21,186 bases of DNA, from contig JAYVCD010000430.1 in the NCBI GenBank assembly GCA_043750125.1, positions 1 to 21,186 on the forward strand. The letters are read 5' to 3'. The notes beneath the pieces were generated by a model. That model did no database searches. It was not told where the DNA came from and was given only the letters and a program-made list of their open reading frames with translations. The translations under genes and the position numbers were made by a program. Source of the stretch: Archangiaceae bacterium (GTDB lineage Bacteria; Myxococcota; Myxococcia; Myxococcales; Myxococcaceae). Of the stretch, positions 8,313 through 16,939 are shown piece after piece. How positions within the stretch are numbered: position 1 is the first letter of the stretch; every line of letters begins with the position of its first letter.

Positions 8313-9500
8313 TCAGGCGCGCGCGGCTTTTCTCTTCGTCATTAGCGCCTCGTAGCTGCGCGCGACGCTCTGCGAGAGGATCAACAGCTCTGAGATGTCG
8401 GGCGGGGTCAGCTCGTCGGCGCCTTGATCAACATAGAGCACGTGCACCGGCTTGCCGCGCACCAACAGCGGCATCATCACCGCGGTGGTGGGAAAGCCTC
8501 CGCCCAGCAACTTGTAGAAGACCGCCGTGCCAGGCCCCCGCTTCATCGGCCCGACGTAGTGCGAGCGCGAGTCACGGACCAACCGGAACGAGCTGGGCTC
8601 TTTGAGCGACACCCCGATTCGGCGCACGGCCTTCTCGCGCACGCCCTGCCCGCTTCCGTGCCAGCCGGTGAGCATGTCCCCGTGCACCGAGAGCAACAAC
8701 GCGCGGCGAAACTTGCTGACCGCAAAACGAAGAATGGTGCGCGCGATGTCTTCGCGATCGGCGCTCTTCGACAGCAGCGCCTGAGCGTCGGCGAAGTTGA
8801 GCGGCAGCAGCCCCGGCTCGTCGCGCGGCAACGAGTGCGAGACCGTGCCGATGGGCTCGATCAGGCGAGGCCGCGGGGCAGACATCGCGGGGCCGTCGAT
8901 GATCTCGACTCCTTCGATCGTCTCTTCGACCTCTTCGTCCTGGCTGACGGCCTTCGCGTAGAGATCGGCGAAATCGTCTTCGTTGATCAAATCGCCCACC
9001 TCGGCCAGAGCCGGCCCGCTGGCCTGCTTGCCGCGGGTCGACGGGCGCAGCGCGTTCATGTCGATCGGGCGCAGGGGTCGAAACGCCTTGAAGTGCTTGC
9101 GCAGCAGCTGGTTCAACCTGAACTCGGGCACCACGACCGGAACCACCCGCTTTCCAACCTTGAAGCCGAGCTCATCGATCGCCTTCAGCTGGGTGGGGTC
9201 GAGCAGCGCAACGGTGATGCGGGTGGGGTCGACCCGCATCGGAACCAGGTCGTTGTCATCGAGAAACTTCGCGTCGGCAAGAGCCAACGCCAGGGGGTCG
9301 GGGACCATCGCGCCCGATGCAAACGCGACGTTGTGCTTCTTGCCCAACACCCGCGCGAGGTCTTTCTCGGCGAGGAAGCCCAGCTCGACCAGGTTCGTTC
9401 CCAGCCGCCCGCCGTGAATGACCTGGGCCTCGAGTGCCTCCTCGAGTTGGCCCGCTTCGATCAGCCGCTCTGCGAGCAGCATTTCTCCCAATCGCGCCAC
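8313..9500 (-). CDS. MshEN (T2SSE_N/GSPII_N) domain protein without ATPase; possible GAF-like C-terminal domain
   Basis: N-terminus RLGEMLLAERLIEAGQLEEALEAQ-x5-RLGTNLVELGFLAEKDLARVL, a tandem MshEN motif. No Walker A. The C-terminal 'AVMMPLLVRGKPVHVLYVD' is GAF-like. Confidence 0.85.
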   Translation of the reverse strand: MARLGEMLLAERLIEAGQLEEALEAQVIHGGRLGTNLVELGFLAEKDLARVLGKKHNVAFASGAMVPDPLALALADAKFLDDNDLVPMRVDPTRITVALLDPTQLKAIDELGFKVGKRVVPVVVPEFRLNQLLRKHFKAFRPLRPIDMNALRPSTRGKQASGPALAEVGDLINEDDFADLYAKAVSQDEEVEETIEGVEIIDGPAMSAPRPRLIEPIGTVSHSLPRDEPGLLPLNFADAQALLSKSADREDIARTILRFAVSKFRRALLLSVHGDMLTGWHGSGQGVREKAVRRIGVSLKEPSSFRLVRDSRSHYVGPMKRGPGTAVFYKLLGGGFPTTAVMMPLLVRGKPVHVLYVDQGADELTPPDISELLILSQSVARSYEALMTKRKAARA

Positions 9501-9515
9501 GCCCGCACTCTTATG

Positions 9516-9896
9516 TCACAGCGGATCGTGGGGGTGGTGGCTGAACGCCACGTGGTTTCCCGCGGGGTCTGCGATGTAGAGCGTCCACCGGGTCTGCTTT
9601 TCGACCTCGATGCCTTTTCCTTTCAAGCGAGCCAGCAGACTGGCGCGGTCGACCGCGTGAATTCGCAGCGCGAACATCGCAGGCCCGAAGTCGTCGCCAT
9701 CTTCAATGGCGAGAAACCCGGCCGTCGGATCCGCCGAGCGCGAGAGCGACAACCAGATGCTTCGCAGCGCTCCCCCAGGGTGGCGATTTCGGGCCAGCTC
9801 GGGCAGCCCCAGCGTGTCGCGGTAGAAGGCAGCGACCTTTTCGACTCCAGCCTCGCGCGCGTGCACTGCGAGGTGATGAATGCCCAGTGAATGCAT
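9516..9896 (-). CDS. VOC (glyoxalase/bleomycin resistance) family protein
   Basis: GIHHLAV, AAFYRDTLGL and LYIADPAGNHVAF. The ORF-track upstream extension to 10232 overlaps cspA, so the true start is probably ATG 9896. Confidence 0.85.
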   Translation of the reverse strand: MHSLGIHHLAVHAREAGVEKVAAFYRDTLGLPELARNRHPGGALRSIWLSLSRSADPTAGFLAIEDGDDFGPAMFALRIHAVDRASLLARLKGKGIEVEKQTRWTLYIADPAGNHVAFSHHPHDPL

Positions 9897-9969
9897 GCGC
9901 CTCGAGGGTAGTTCAACAGTCCGGTGCGCCGCGGCGCCGCCCGGGGACCGCTGAGCCCGGGGCGGAGTC

Positions 9970-10139
9970 GTTGCGTTTTTGCCTGCAAATTCAATGAGAT
10001 GAGTCGATTGTTTCGAATTATTGACAGACGCGGTGGAATTCGGAAACAGAAACGCATACATCATGCACAACCGAACCAAATGGGTCGGGTGCCGCCCCAA
10101 ATTTTTTGTCGGCGGTTTTAACGAAAGAGCAAATAGTAA
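9970..10139 (+). promoter_or_regulatory. AT-rich promoter / structured 5' leader of the cold-shock gene (divergent with the VOC gene)
   Basis: Markedly more AT-rich than the flanks. A perfect TTGACA lies at 10021-10026, though no good -10 follows at 17 bp. Two imperfect hairpins at 10071-10088 and 10091-10116. Confidence 0.45.
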
Positions 10140-10346
10140 ATGGCTACTGGTACTGTGAAGTGGTTCAACGATGCGAAGGGCTTTGGTTTCATCTCGCAGG
10201 AAGGTGGCGGTGAAGACGTATTCTGCCACCACACCGCGATTCAGGCGGACGGATTCCGCACCCTGGCCGAAGGCCAGAAGGTGGAGTTCGACGTCAACAA
10301 GGGCCCGAAGGGCCTCCAGGCGGCGAATGTCCGTCCGGTGAGCTGA
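10140..10346 (+). CDS. cspA: Cold-shock protein (CSD)
   Basis: [18 protein letters not shown] (RNP1), DVFCHHTAI (RNP2 variant), [13 protein letters not shown] and [10 protein letters not shown]. Confidence 0.98.
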   Translation: MATGTVKWFNDAKGFGFISQEGGGEDVFCHHTAIQADGFRTLAEGQKVEFDVNKGPKGLQAANVRPVS

Positions 10347-10367
10347 AGTCTAACCACTTCTCTCTGT

Positions 10368-10410
10368 AAAGCGGCTCGCTCCTCTTCAAAGGAGCGGGCC
10401 GTTTCCTTTT
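10368..10410 (+). terminator. Rho-independent terminator after cspA (possibly also serving the convergent desaturase)
   Basis: Stem AAAGCGGCTCGCTCCT / AGGAGCGGGCCGTTT (with G-U pairs), 6-nt loop, followed by CCTTTTG. Confidence 0.85.
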
Positions 10411-10426
10411 GTGGCAGACCCTGACT

Positions 10427-11512
10427 TCAAGCCTTCGACGGCGCTTGCCCCATCTGGCGCAGCCAACGGGTATGCGAAACGATCGCCCCGAGGGTCGAAG
10501 CGTTGATCTTGTACGGGACGCCCTGCTCGGCACACAGGCGCTGAACGATGGGGGCAATCTCGGGCAGACGGTACGAGCACACCTTCGGAAACAGGTGGTG
10601 TTCGATCTGGTAGTTCAGCCCGCCGACGTACCAGGTGACGAACGGGTTCCCCAAACCGAAGTTCGCCGAGGTGACGACCTGGTGTACCGCCCATTCCATC
10701 TTCGGCTCTGAGCCCAGATCGAGCTTCGGGAACTGAGCCCCCTCGACACAGTGGGCGAGCTGAAAGGTGACCGCGAGCGTCAGGCTCAACGTCGCTGACC
10801 ACAGCGCGTAGCAAAGCAGCACGTGCCACCACGGGAGGAACATCAACGGTACCGCGAAGGCCCAGGTGTAGAAGGCTGCCTTCCCGAGGAAGAACGCGGC
10901 CAGCTTCCAACCCCGGGGCCGGGGAAAATTCTGGGCACCAATCTTCCCGTTGGCGAGGTTGATGTAGTCGTCGACGAAGTGCCATTTAATCGCCAGAAAC
11001 GAATACAGCGGCCAGATGTAGAAGTGCTGAAAGCGGTGTCCGGCGCGCCGTTCCTGCTCGGGCGACATTCGAGCGAGCGGGCGAATGTCGATGTCCACGT
11101 CGAGCCCGGTGATGTTCGGGTTGCTGTGGTGAAAGACGTTGTGTTTCCAGTGCCAGATGTAGGAGCTGCCGCCTACCAGATCGAGCGCAAAGGCCATCAC
11201 CGCGTTGACCCATTTGTATTTCGAGTAGCCCATGTGGCCGCCGTCATGCTGGATGCTGAAGCCGATGCCGGCGACCGCCAGCCCAAGCGAGATGCAGCAC
11301 AGCGCCGACTGCCACCAGTTCGCAGCGACAAAGACCATCAGCGCCCAGGACACGGCGAACCAGGCCACGATCGCGGCCGTCTTGATCAACATCCCGGCGG
11401 GAGTCTGGTTTCCGGGGCGCCCTGAGGCCACGAAGTGGGCATCGACGCGCTTGCGAAGCTGGTTGAAGAAAGGCCCGTGCGGCAGGTACCGCGAGGTCGA
11501 TTGGGTCGCCAT
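10427..11512 (-). CDS. Membrane fatty acid (acyl-CoA/acyl-lipid) desaturase, front-end-like His boxes
   Basis: His boxes QHDGGH, KHNVFHH and QIEHHLFP; several TM segments; FQLAH. Probable start ATG 11512 (MATQSTSRY). Confidence 0.93.
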   Translation of the reverse strand: MATQSTSRYLPHGPFFNQLRKRVDAHFVASGRPGNQTPAGMLIKTAAIVAWFAVSWALMVFVAANWWQSALCCISLGLAVAGIGFSIQHDGGHMGYSKYKWVNAVMAFALDLVGGSSYIWHWKHNVFHHSNPNITGLDVDIDIRPLARMSPEQERRAGHRFQHFYIWPLYSFLAIKWHFVDDYINLANGKIGAQNFPRPRGWKLAAFFLGKAAFYTWAFAVPLMFLPWWHVLLCYALWSATLSLTLAVTFQLAHCVEGAQFPKLDLGSEPKMEWAVHQVVTSANFGLGNPFVTWYVGGLNYQIEHHLFPKVCSYRLPEIAPIVQRLCAEQGVPYKINASTLGAIVSHTRWLRQMGQAPSKA

Positions 11513-11608
11513 GAGGTGACGCGGGGTGTACCGCATCCCCCGGGCGAAGCCCAAGGCTCGTCGTCCTGCGCCGTTACAGGCCGGTGATGAAAAACGAGCT
11601 GTCCGACT

Positions 11609-12733
11609 TCAGCTCGGCCTGGGCGCGAGGCAGTAGAGGGTGGTGATCTCTTGCGACCGCGCGGCGTGAAGCGGGTCGTCGGGATCTTTGGCGCGCGGGT
11701 GGCGGGCCTGGGTCGACTTTGTCCATTTCACTTCGAGGCCGGCAGCGGCGATCCGTTCGGCCAGGTACCCGTCGGTGCGTAGGCCAAGCAGCACCGCGAG
11801 ATTGGACATCAACAGCCACCCTTCTCCGCCTGGGGTGAGGTGAGGTCCGAGCCCTTCGAGAAAGCCTTCGAGGAACCCATTGTCCGAATCGAAGACCGCG
11901 CGATCGATTCGGTTTTTGGGAGGCTCGGGAATCCAGGGTGGGTTGGTGACGATCAGATCCGCGCGGCCGGGCGGAAACAGGTTGAGCGCGTGGGCCTTGA
12001 AGCGGGTCGAGAGCCCCTGCCTCTGAGCGTTCTCGATTGCACACTCGACGCAGCGGGGGTCGATGTCGGTTCCGACCGCGTCGGTCGCCCCTCGCTGCAA
12101 CAACAAAAAAGAGAGCACCCCCGTGCCGGTGCCGATGTCGAACACCCGCTTGCCTTCGGGAGCGGGGGCCTCGAGCAGCAGGTCGACGTATTCCGAACGG
12201 GTCGGAAGGAACACCCCGTAGCGGGGGTGGAGCTTGCCGGGCAGCCCTCGCACCGTCAGGCCCTTGCGGTACCACTCGGCGGCACCCAACATTCCGATCA
12301 GTGCCTTCAACGGGACCACGGTCGAGAGGGCGGCGGGTCCCCACAATGCAGTGCACGCCTCGGCGACATCGGGCGAATTCTTCAGCTGGGCCAGGCGGTA
12401 CTTCGGATCCAGCTTCACCACGATTCTCGAAAGCGTCTCGTGTTCGCGCAGCCGTGCGGCGCGCTCAGCCCGAAATTCTTCGAGCGCCGAACGGTGCTCA
12501 GGCCGGCGACCCCCATTGAGCTTTCGGGTCATCGCCGCGAGCAGCTGCTTCGCATTTCGAAAGTCGCCCTCGTAGAGCAGGGTCTCGCCCTTCACGCGCT
12601 TGAGCGCTGCCTGGGCATTGAGGCGGTCTCCGACGCGGGTGAGCTTCAGCGGCGCAGGCGCATCGCTTTCCGATCGCCACAGCAGCTGGGTCGCCTCGTC
12701 GGTGAAACGAATGTCCGGCTCGAGGGCCATCAC
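11609..12733 (-). CDS. Class I SAM-dependent methyltransferase (MTS/HemK-like N-methyltransferase)
   Basis: Motif I VFDIGTGTGVL, acidic GTDID and motif IV DLIVTNPPW; also GVFLPTRSEY. Start is GTG 12733 or ATG 12730. Confidence 0.88.
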   Translation of the reverse strand: MMALEPDIRFTDEATQLLWRSESDAPAPLKLTRVGDRLNAQAALKRVKGETLLYEGDFRNAKQLLAAMTRKLNGGRRPEHRSALEEFRAERAARLREHETLSRIVVKLDPKYRLAQLKNSPDVAEACTALWGPAALSTVVPLKALIGMLGAAEWYRKGLTVRGLPGKLHPRYGVFLPTRSEYVDLLLEAPAPEGKRVFDIGTGTGVLSFLLLQRGATDAVGTDIDPRCVECAIENAQRQGLSTRFKAHALNLFPPGRADLIVTNPPWIPEPPKNRIDRAVFDSDNGFLEGFLEGLGPHLTPGGEGWLLMSNLAVLLGLRTDGYLAERIAAAGLEVKWTKSTQARHPRAKDPDDPLHAARSQEITTLYCLAPRPS

Positions 12734-12845
12734 CGCTGTCCGGTCAAAGTTGAAATCGAGTTCCAGGCAGGCGAGGCCGAAGCTCGCGCCCGCACTGAAA
12801 GGACGAGAAGGAAAGAGAACATCCGTGCCTTGAAGCCTGGGCTCG

Positions 12846-13718
12846 CTACTTGAGCGAGATCTTCATCTGGCCCTGCTTGCACTTGAGCGCGAGCTCGGTG
12901 GCCGGCGGCGCGCCCTGCTCAGGGTCCTTGATGAAGGCACCCGAGCGAATCGACTCTGAGTCGCGGGGCTTCAGCTTCGACATGATGTAGTGGGTGCGAT
13001 CGGGCTTGCGAACGTCGCAGCGCTGCCAGGTGACATCGCCGGTGTTGTGAACATCAACCCGGCCGCCGCCGAGATTTTCGGCGTAGCCCTTGAGCGTTCC
13101 CGGGCTGCGCGGATTGGCGAACAAGAACTTCGTCTCGCCCTCGTCGCACGTCACAAGGACGTGATCGTAGAGGGGCTCGGGCGGCTTGGGCGGGCTGCGA
13201 AACTTCAGCGTGATCACCGTGTCTTCAGAGTTGGAAGCCATGTCCCCGAGGTCATAGGTGCGGCCGTCATCGAAGCGCAGCTCGCAATCGGTCCAACTCA
13301 CGTCGCTGTCGTTGTTGATCACGACGCGCAGGCCGCTCGAGAGCCGACCTTTGAGCGTGGGGCCATTGGAACCCGCGGGCCCTTTTTCAGCCGCCTTCGA
13401 TTCCGCTCTGCCTGCAGTGGGAGGAGGAACCAATGCTGCGGCGCCGCCCATCACCTTGGCGAAACGGGCGTTGGCCTTGGTGGCTTCCTCGTCGAGGGTG
13501 ATTCGCGCCAGGGCTCCGGTCATTTCCATCACGATCGCCGTGCCTGCGGCCTTCTGGCCCGCTGCGTCGGTGAACATCGGGAGCTCGCTTCCGACCGAAA
13601 CGGGGTTCTTCTTGTCCGACCGGAGGAAGAAGGAGCCCTTGTCCGAGAACACTTTCACGATGTCCTGAGACCAGGCAGCGGTAGAGATCAACAGCGCCAG
13701 CAGCATCGGGGTTCGCAT
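12846..13718 (-). CDS. Secreted hypothetical protein with two tandem Cys-containing beta-rich repeats
   Basis: GAGGA SD before ATG 13718; signal peptide MRTPMLLALLISTAAWS-Q; internal duplication (see findings). Confidence 0.78.
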   Translation of the reverse strand: MRTPMLLALLISTAAWSQDIVKVFSDKGSFFLRSDKKNPVSVGSELPMFTDAAGQKAAGTAIVMEMTGALARITLDEEATKANARFAKVMGGAAALVPPPTAGRAESKAAEKGPAGSNGPTLKGRLSSGLRVVINNDSDVSWTDCELRFDDGRTYDLGDMASNSEDTVITLKFRSPPKPPEPLYDHVLVTCDEGETKFLFANPRSPGTLKGYAENLGGGRVDVHNTGDVTWQRCDVRKPDRTHYIMSKLKPRDSESIRSGAFIKDPEQGAPPATELALKCKQGQMKISLK

Positions 13719-13726
13719 GGAAGTCC

Positions 13727-15382
13727 TCACGGTTGAGCGGGCGGATAGTCCGAGTCTGCGGGGCTTGTCGAGACGATTTCGCTTCGGCGTGCGGGGGGCT
13801 TCCAGGTCTCTGCCGAGAACATTTGAAGCTTCGGTTGGTCTTTCTTCAGCAGCTCGTCCATTCGGCATTCGAGCATCAGCGCCGCCGCATTGAGCCCGCT
13901 CAACGAGGCACCCGGTACGCCATGCCCCAGGGTGCTCGCTCCGCACAACGTCAGGCCTTTGAACGCAGAGTGCTGCTTGAAGCCAAACGGCCCCATTTGC
14001 CCAAGGACCTTCTCGGTGCCGTAGATGTTGCCCCGGGTGGCTTCGACGTAATGCGCGTTGGTCAGCGGCGAACCGATGTCCTGGAAGACCACCTTCTGGG
14101 TGAGGCCCGGAATGCGCTTTTCGATCGCATCGAGCATCTTGGTGGCGATCTTCCGTTTGAACGCTTCGTATTCTTCGCCGTGTTCCCCCGACTTCCCGTT
14201 CGCATACTTCTCGAAGATTTCGTACGGGACGAAGGTGAAGGCCTCGCCGGTGTGGTGTTTGCCATTGAAGCTGCTCGGATCTTTGAGCGAGGTGATCGAG
14301 ACGAAGACCCCCGGCAGCTCGTCCAGCTCGAGCACATCAGGTCGGGCCATCGCGGAATACGCGGCGTCGGCGTCGAGACCGGGGCAGAGCCAGTAATTTC
14401 CCGAGTCCAGACCCAGGGCTTTCACGTCGGCCTCGACCGCAAAGAACAAACTGACCGCGGTGGTGGACCACTTCGTCTTGTTGAGCTTCTTCTTCAAGCC
14501 TCCGGGCAGATGCTCCTGACCGATCAGCTTTCCGTAGGTGATCGCCGGGTCGGCGTTCGACACCACGTTCTTCGATCGGATTTCAGTGCCGTCCGCGAGC
14601 TTCACGCCGATCGCGCATTGATTCTCGATCAAGATTTTCTCGACCCGGGCCTCGAGCTTGACGATTCCTCCCGCCCGGGTCAGCGCGCGCGTCATCGCCT
14701 TGGGCAGCGCCGAGCCACCGCCTTTCGGGTACCAGGCGCCCTCGAGGTAGTGCAGCGCAACTGCGGCGTGCATCGCGAAGGGAGCACGGGAAGGAGGCAA
14801 CCCGTGATCTCCGCACTGAACCGAGAGCAGACCGCGCAGGCGCGGGTCCGAGATGCGATCGCGCAAGATCCGGTCGAGGCTGTACATCCCAAAGCGGCCC
14901 ATGTGGCGAATGCGGTACGGCAGGGTCAGGGTTTGCAGCAACCCGCGGGTGTTCGCCATTTCGCCCAGCTCGTCGCGAACGGCCTTCGAGAGGGTGATGA
15001 ACTCGACGATGCCCTGTTTCTGGTCGGGGAACTGGGCGCACAGCCGCTCGATCAGCGCGTCCTTGCCGGCGCAGAAATCGAAGCTCAGGTCGCCGGCGCG
15101 AACATGATCGTAGCCATTGGGGTTGATCTCGAAGAATTGAAGAAACTCGCCCAGCCCGAGACCTTCGAAGGTGGCGCGCATCTGCCCGCCCTCTTGCAGT
15201 TGGCCCAGGTAGTGGACCCCGGGGCTGAACCGGTGCCCGCCGAGCGCAAAGCTGTGCGTCCACCCTCCCGGAACGTAGTGCTGCTCGAGCACCACCACCT
15301 TCTGGCCCGCCTGAGCGAGCGCGACCGCTGCCGTGAGCCCACCCATCCCGGACCCAATGACCACCGTGTCTGCGTCGATCAT
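13727..15382 (-). CDS. FAD-dependent oxidoreductase, phytoene desaturase (CrtI) / retinol saturase-like family
   Basis: VVIGSGMGGLTAA..LA..G.KVVVLEQH..PGG; FSPGVHY; YPKGGG; VVSNADP; GSPLT..HY...RGNIYG; GLTLCGA...GHGVPGA..SG. Probable start ATG 15382. Confidence 0.9.
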   Translation of the reverse strand: MIDADTVVIGSGMGGLTAAVALAQAGQKVVVLEQHYVPGGWTHSFALGGHRFSPGVHYLGQLQEGGQMRATFEGLGLGEFLQFFEINPNGYDHVRAGDLSFDFCAGKDALIERLCAQFPDQKQGIVEFITLSKAVRDELGEMANTRGLLQTLTLPYRIRHMGRFGMYSLDRILRDRISDPRLRGLLSVQCGDHGLPPSRAPFAMHAAVALHYLEGAWYPKGGGSALPKAMTRALTRAGGIVKLEARVEKILIENQCAIGVKLADGTEIRSKNVVSNADPAITYGKLIGQEHLPGGLKKKLNKTKWSTTAVSLFFAVEADVKALGLDSGNYWLCPGLDADAAYSAMARPDVLELDELPGVFVSITSLKDPSSFNGKHHTGEAFTFVPYEIFEKYANGKSGEHGEEYEAFKRKIATKMLDAIEKRIPGLTQKVVFQDIGSPLTNAHYVEATRGNIYGTEKVLGQMGPFGFKQHSAFKGLTLCGASTLGHGVPGASLSGLNAAALMLECRMDELLKKDQPKLQMFSAETWKPPARRSEIVSTSPADSDYPPAQP

Positions 15383-15462
15383 CAGAGTCGCATAGCCCAC
15401 CCGCCCGCCTGATGCTTGGGTTTGGCCAGCCCCTGGGGGGCGTTGCGAGCAGAGGATTTCCA

Positions 15463-16146
15463 ATGACCGCTTTAGCCTTGATCCCCCTACTTGCCTCGAT
15501 GCCGCAGAAGCAGGATCTCGAACCGCCCGCCACTGCGCTCACGGGTTCATCGAGCGCCCGACTCGCGCTGCCGGTGACGATGCGCTTCGACGTGACACTG
15601 ACGGACGACGTGACTGGGCTGGTCGAAAAAAACACGGCCAAAGCCTCGAGCTCCAGTCGGGAACCGGTCTGGTCGGCGGCGCGCTTTGGCCTCTCGGTCG
15701 CTCGACGGCACTTCGAGCAGGCCAGCTGGAATGAGACCGATGGAGATCGCGCGCTGGTGATCAAGAGCGTTTCGGCGTCGTGGACGCCGGGGCCACACTA
15801 CGAGGTGAACGTGGGGGTCGATCGGTACGAGGGCGGCCGCCGGGTGGGGCAAGCCAGCGGCACCGGGTTCGGCCGTCCGGATCGAAGCGGGCAACGGGTA
15901 GAAGCGGCCTTCGCCGGTCCGTTCGGAAGAATCGTGAACAATGGCGCCAATGAAGCCAAAGGAGAGGACGACGGGTTGGTGCTGCGCGCAGCGACCGTGG
16001 CCGCGCTCGATGCTGCCTTCGTCCAACTTTCAGCGGTGTGGGTGGGCGAGCAGATGGTCGCCCGGTCGCGCGCAGAGTCCGACGCGATGATCAAGAAAGC
16101 GCAGGACGATGCGAAGGCGACGCAGAAGAAGGGAAAGAAAAACTGA
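15463..16146 (+). CDS. Hypothetical, probably exported protein
   Basis: AGAGGA SD before ATG 15463; hydrophobic N-terminus MTALALIPLLA; occupies the gap between two minus-strand genes. Confidence 0.65.
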   Translation: MTALALIPLLASMPQKQDLEPPATALTGSSSARLALPVTMRFDVTLTDDVTGLVEKNTAKASSSSREPVWSAARFGLSVARRHFEQASWNETDGDRALVIKSVSASWTPGPHYEVNVGVDRYEGGRRVGQASGTGFGRPDRSGQRVEAAFAGPFGRIVNNGANEAKGEDDGLVLRAATVAALDAAFVQLSAVWVGEQMVARSRAESDAMIKKAQDDAKATQKKGKKN

Positions 16147-16171
16147 AGTTCTGTTGGGCGAGGCGGCGCTT

Positions 16172-16939
16172 TCAGTGCGCGAGCCAACCGGCATCCATGG
16201 TCTGAGCTGTGCCGGTGATGCTCCAGGCTTCGGGCCGGCACAGGAAGGTGACGAGCTGCGCGATGTCTTCGGGCTCGATCAGCCGCTTGATCGCGTTGCG
16301 GGTGAGCAAGACTTTTTCCAGGACTTCGCTGGGAGCAATGCCGTGCGCCCGCGCCTGATCTGCGATCTGCTTTTCGACCAGAGGAGTGCGCACGTAGCTG
16401 GGGCAGATGGCATTGACCGTCAGGTCCGGGCAACGGGCGCCCGCTTCCAATGCGACCGTCTTGGTCAGCCCCAACAGGCCGTGCTTGGCCGAGACATAGG
16501 CGCTCTTGAAGGGCGAGGCGATGAGCCCGTGCACGGAGGCCACGTTGATGATTCGACCCCAGCTTCGCTCGTACATTCCCGGAAGCAGCCCGCGAATCAG
16601 GGTGAAGGGAGCCGTCAACATCACCTGCAGCAGCAGATCCCACTTCGAAGGGTCGAACGCCTCGATGGGGCTGACGTGCTGGAGACCGGCGTTGTTGATG
16701 AGGACGTCGATCGGGCCTGCAGCGGTCACCAGCAAATCGACGGCGCTGCGCCGCGAAAGGTCGGCTGGAATCCGCTCGACCCCCTCGAGCATCTCGAGCG
16801 CGTCGGCGAGCCGTTCGACGCTCACGTCGCTGGCCACCACCTGCGCGCCTTGCGCATGAAGCTCACGGACGATCGCCAGTCCGATTCCCGAAGCGGCTCC
16901 GGTGACCAGCGCGCGCTTGCCCTTCAGTGTATTCGTCAT
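16172..16939 (-). CDS. bdhA: D-3-hydroxybutyrate dehydrogenase (SDR)
   Basis: TGAASGIG, NNAGLQHVSPIEAF, ASVHGLIASPFKSAYVSAKHG (YxxxK) and ICPSYVRTPLVEKQI are HBDH-type signatures. The ATG overlaps the upstream stop (ATGA). Confidence 0.92.
   Translation of the reverse strand: MTNTLKGKRALVTGAASGIGLAIVRELHAQGAQVVASDVSVERLADALEMLEGVERIPADLSRRSAVDLLVTAAGPIDVLINNAGLQHVSPIEAFDPSKWDLLLQVMLTAPFTLIRGLLPGMYERSWGRIINVASVHGLIASPFKSAYVSAKHGLLGLTKTVALEAGARCPDLTVNAICPSYVRTPLVEKQIADQARAHGIAPSEVLEKVLLTRNAIKRLIEPEDIAQLVTFLCRPEAWSITGTAQTMDAGWLAH

Noticed and set aside
9897-10232. N-terminal extension of the VOC ORF
   Set aside because: It overlaps cspA and its AT-rich leader on the opposite strand. The VOC domain starts at ATG 9896.
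11609-12733. Methyltransferase as a restriction-modification or defence DNA methylase
   Set aside because: The NPPW motif and GVFxPTR region fit MTS/HemK-like enzymes, and no nuclease or specificity subunit is nearby.
10427-15382. Desaturase + methyltransferase + CrtI-like oxidoreductase as a carotenoid or lipid biosynthetic cluster
   Set aside because: No crtB/crtE, ACP or synthase genes are present. The run is interrupted by an unrelated secreted protein and gaps of about 100 bp, so co-orientation alone is insufficient.
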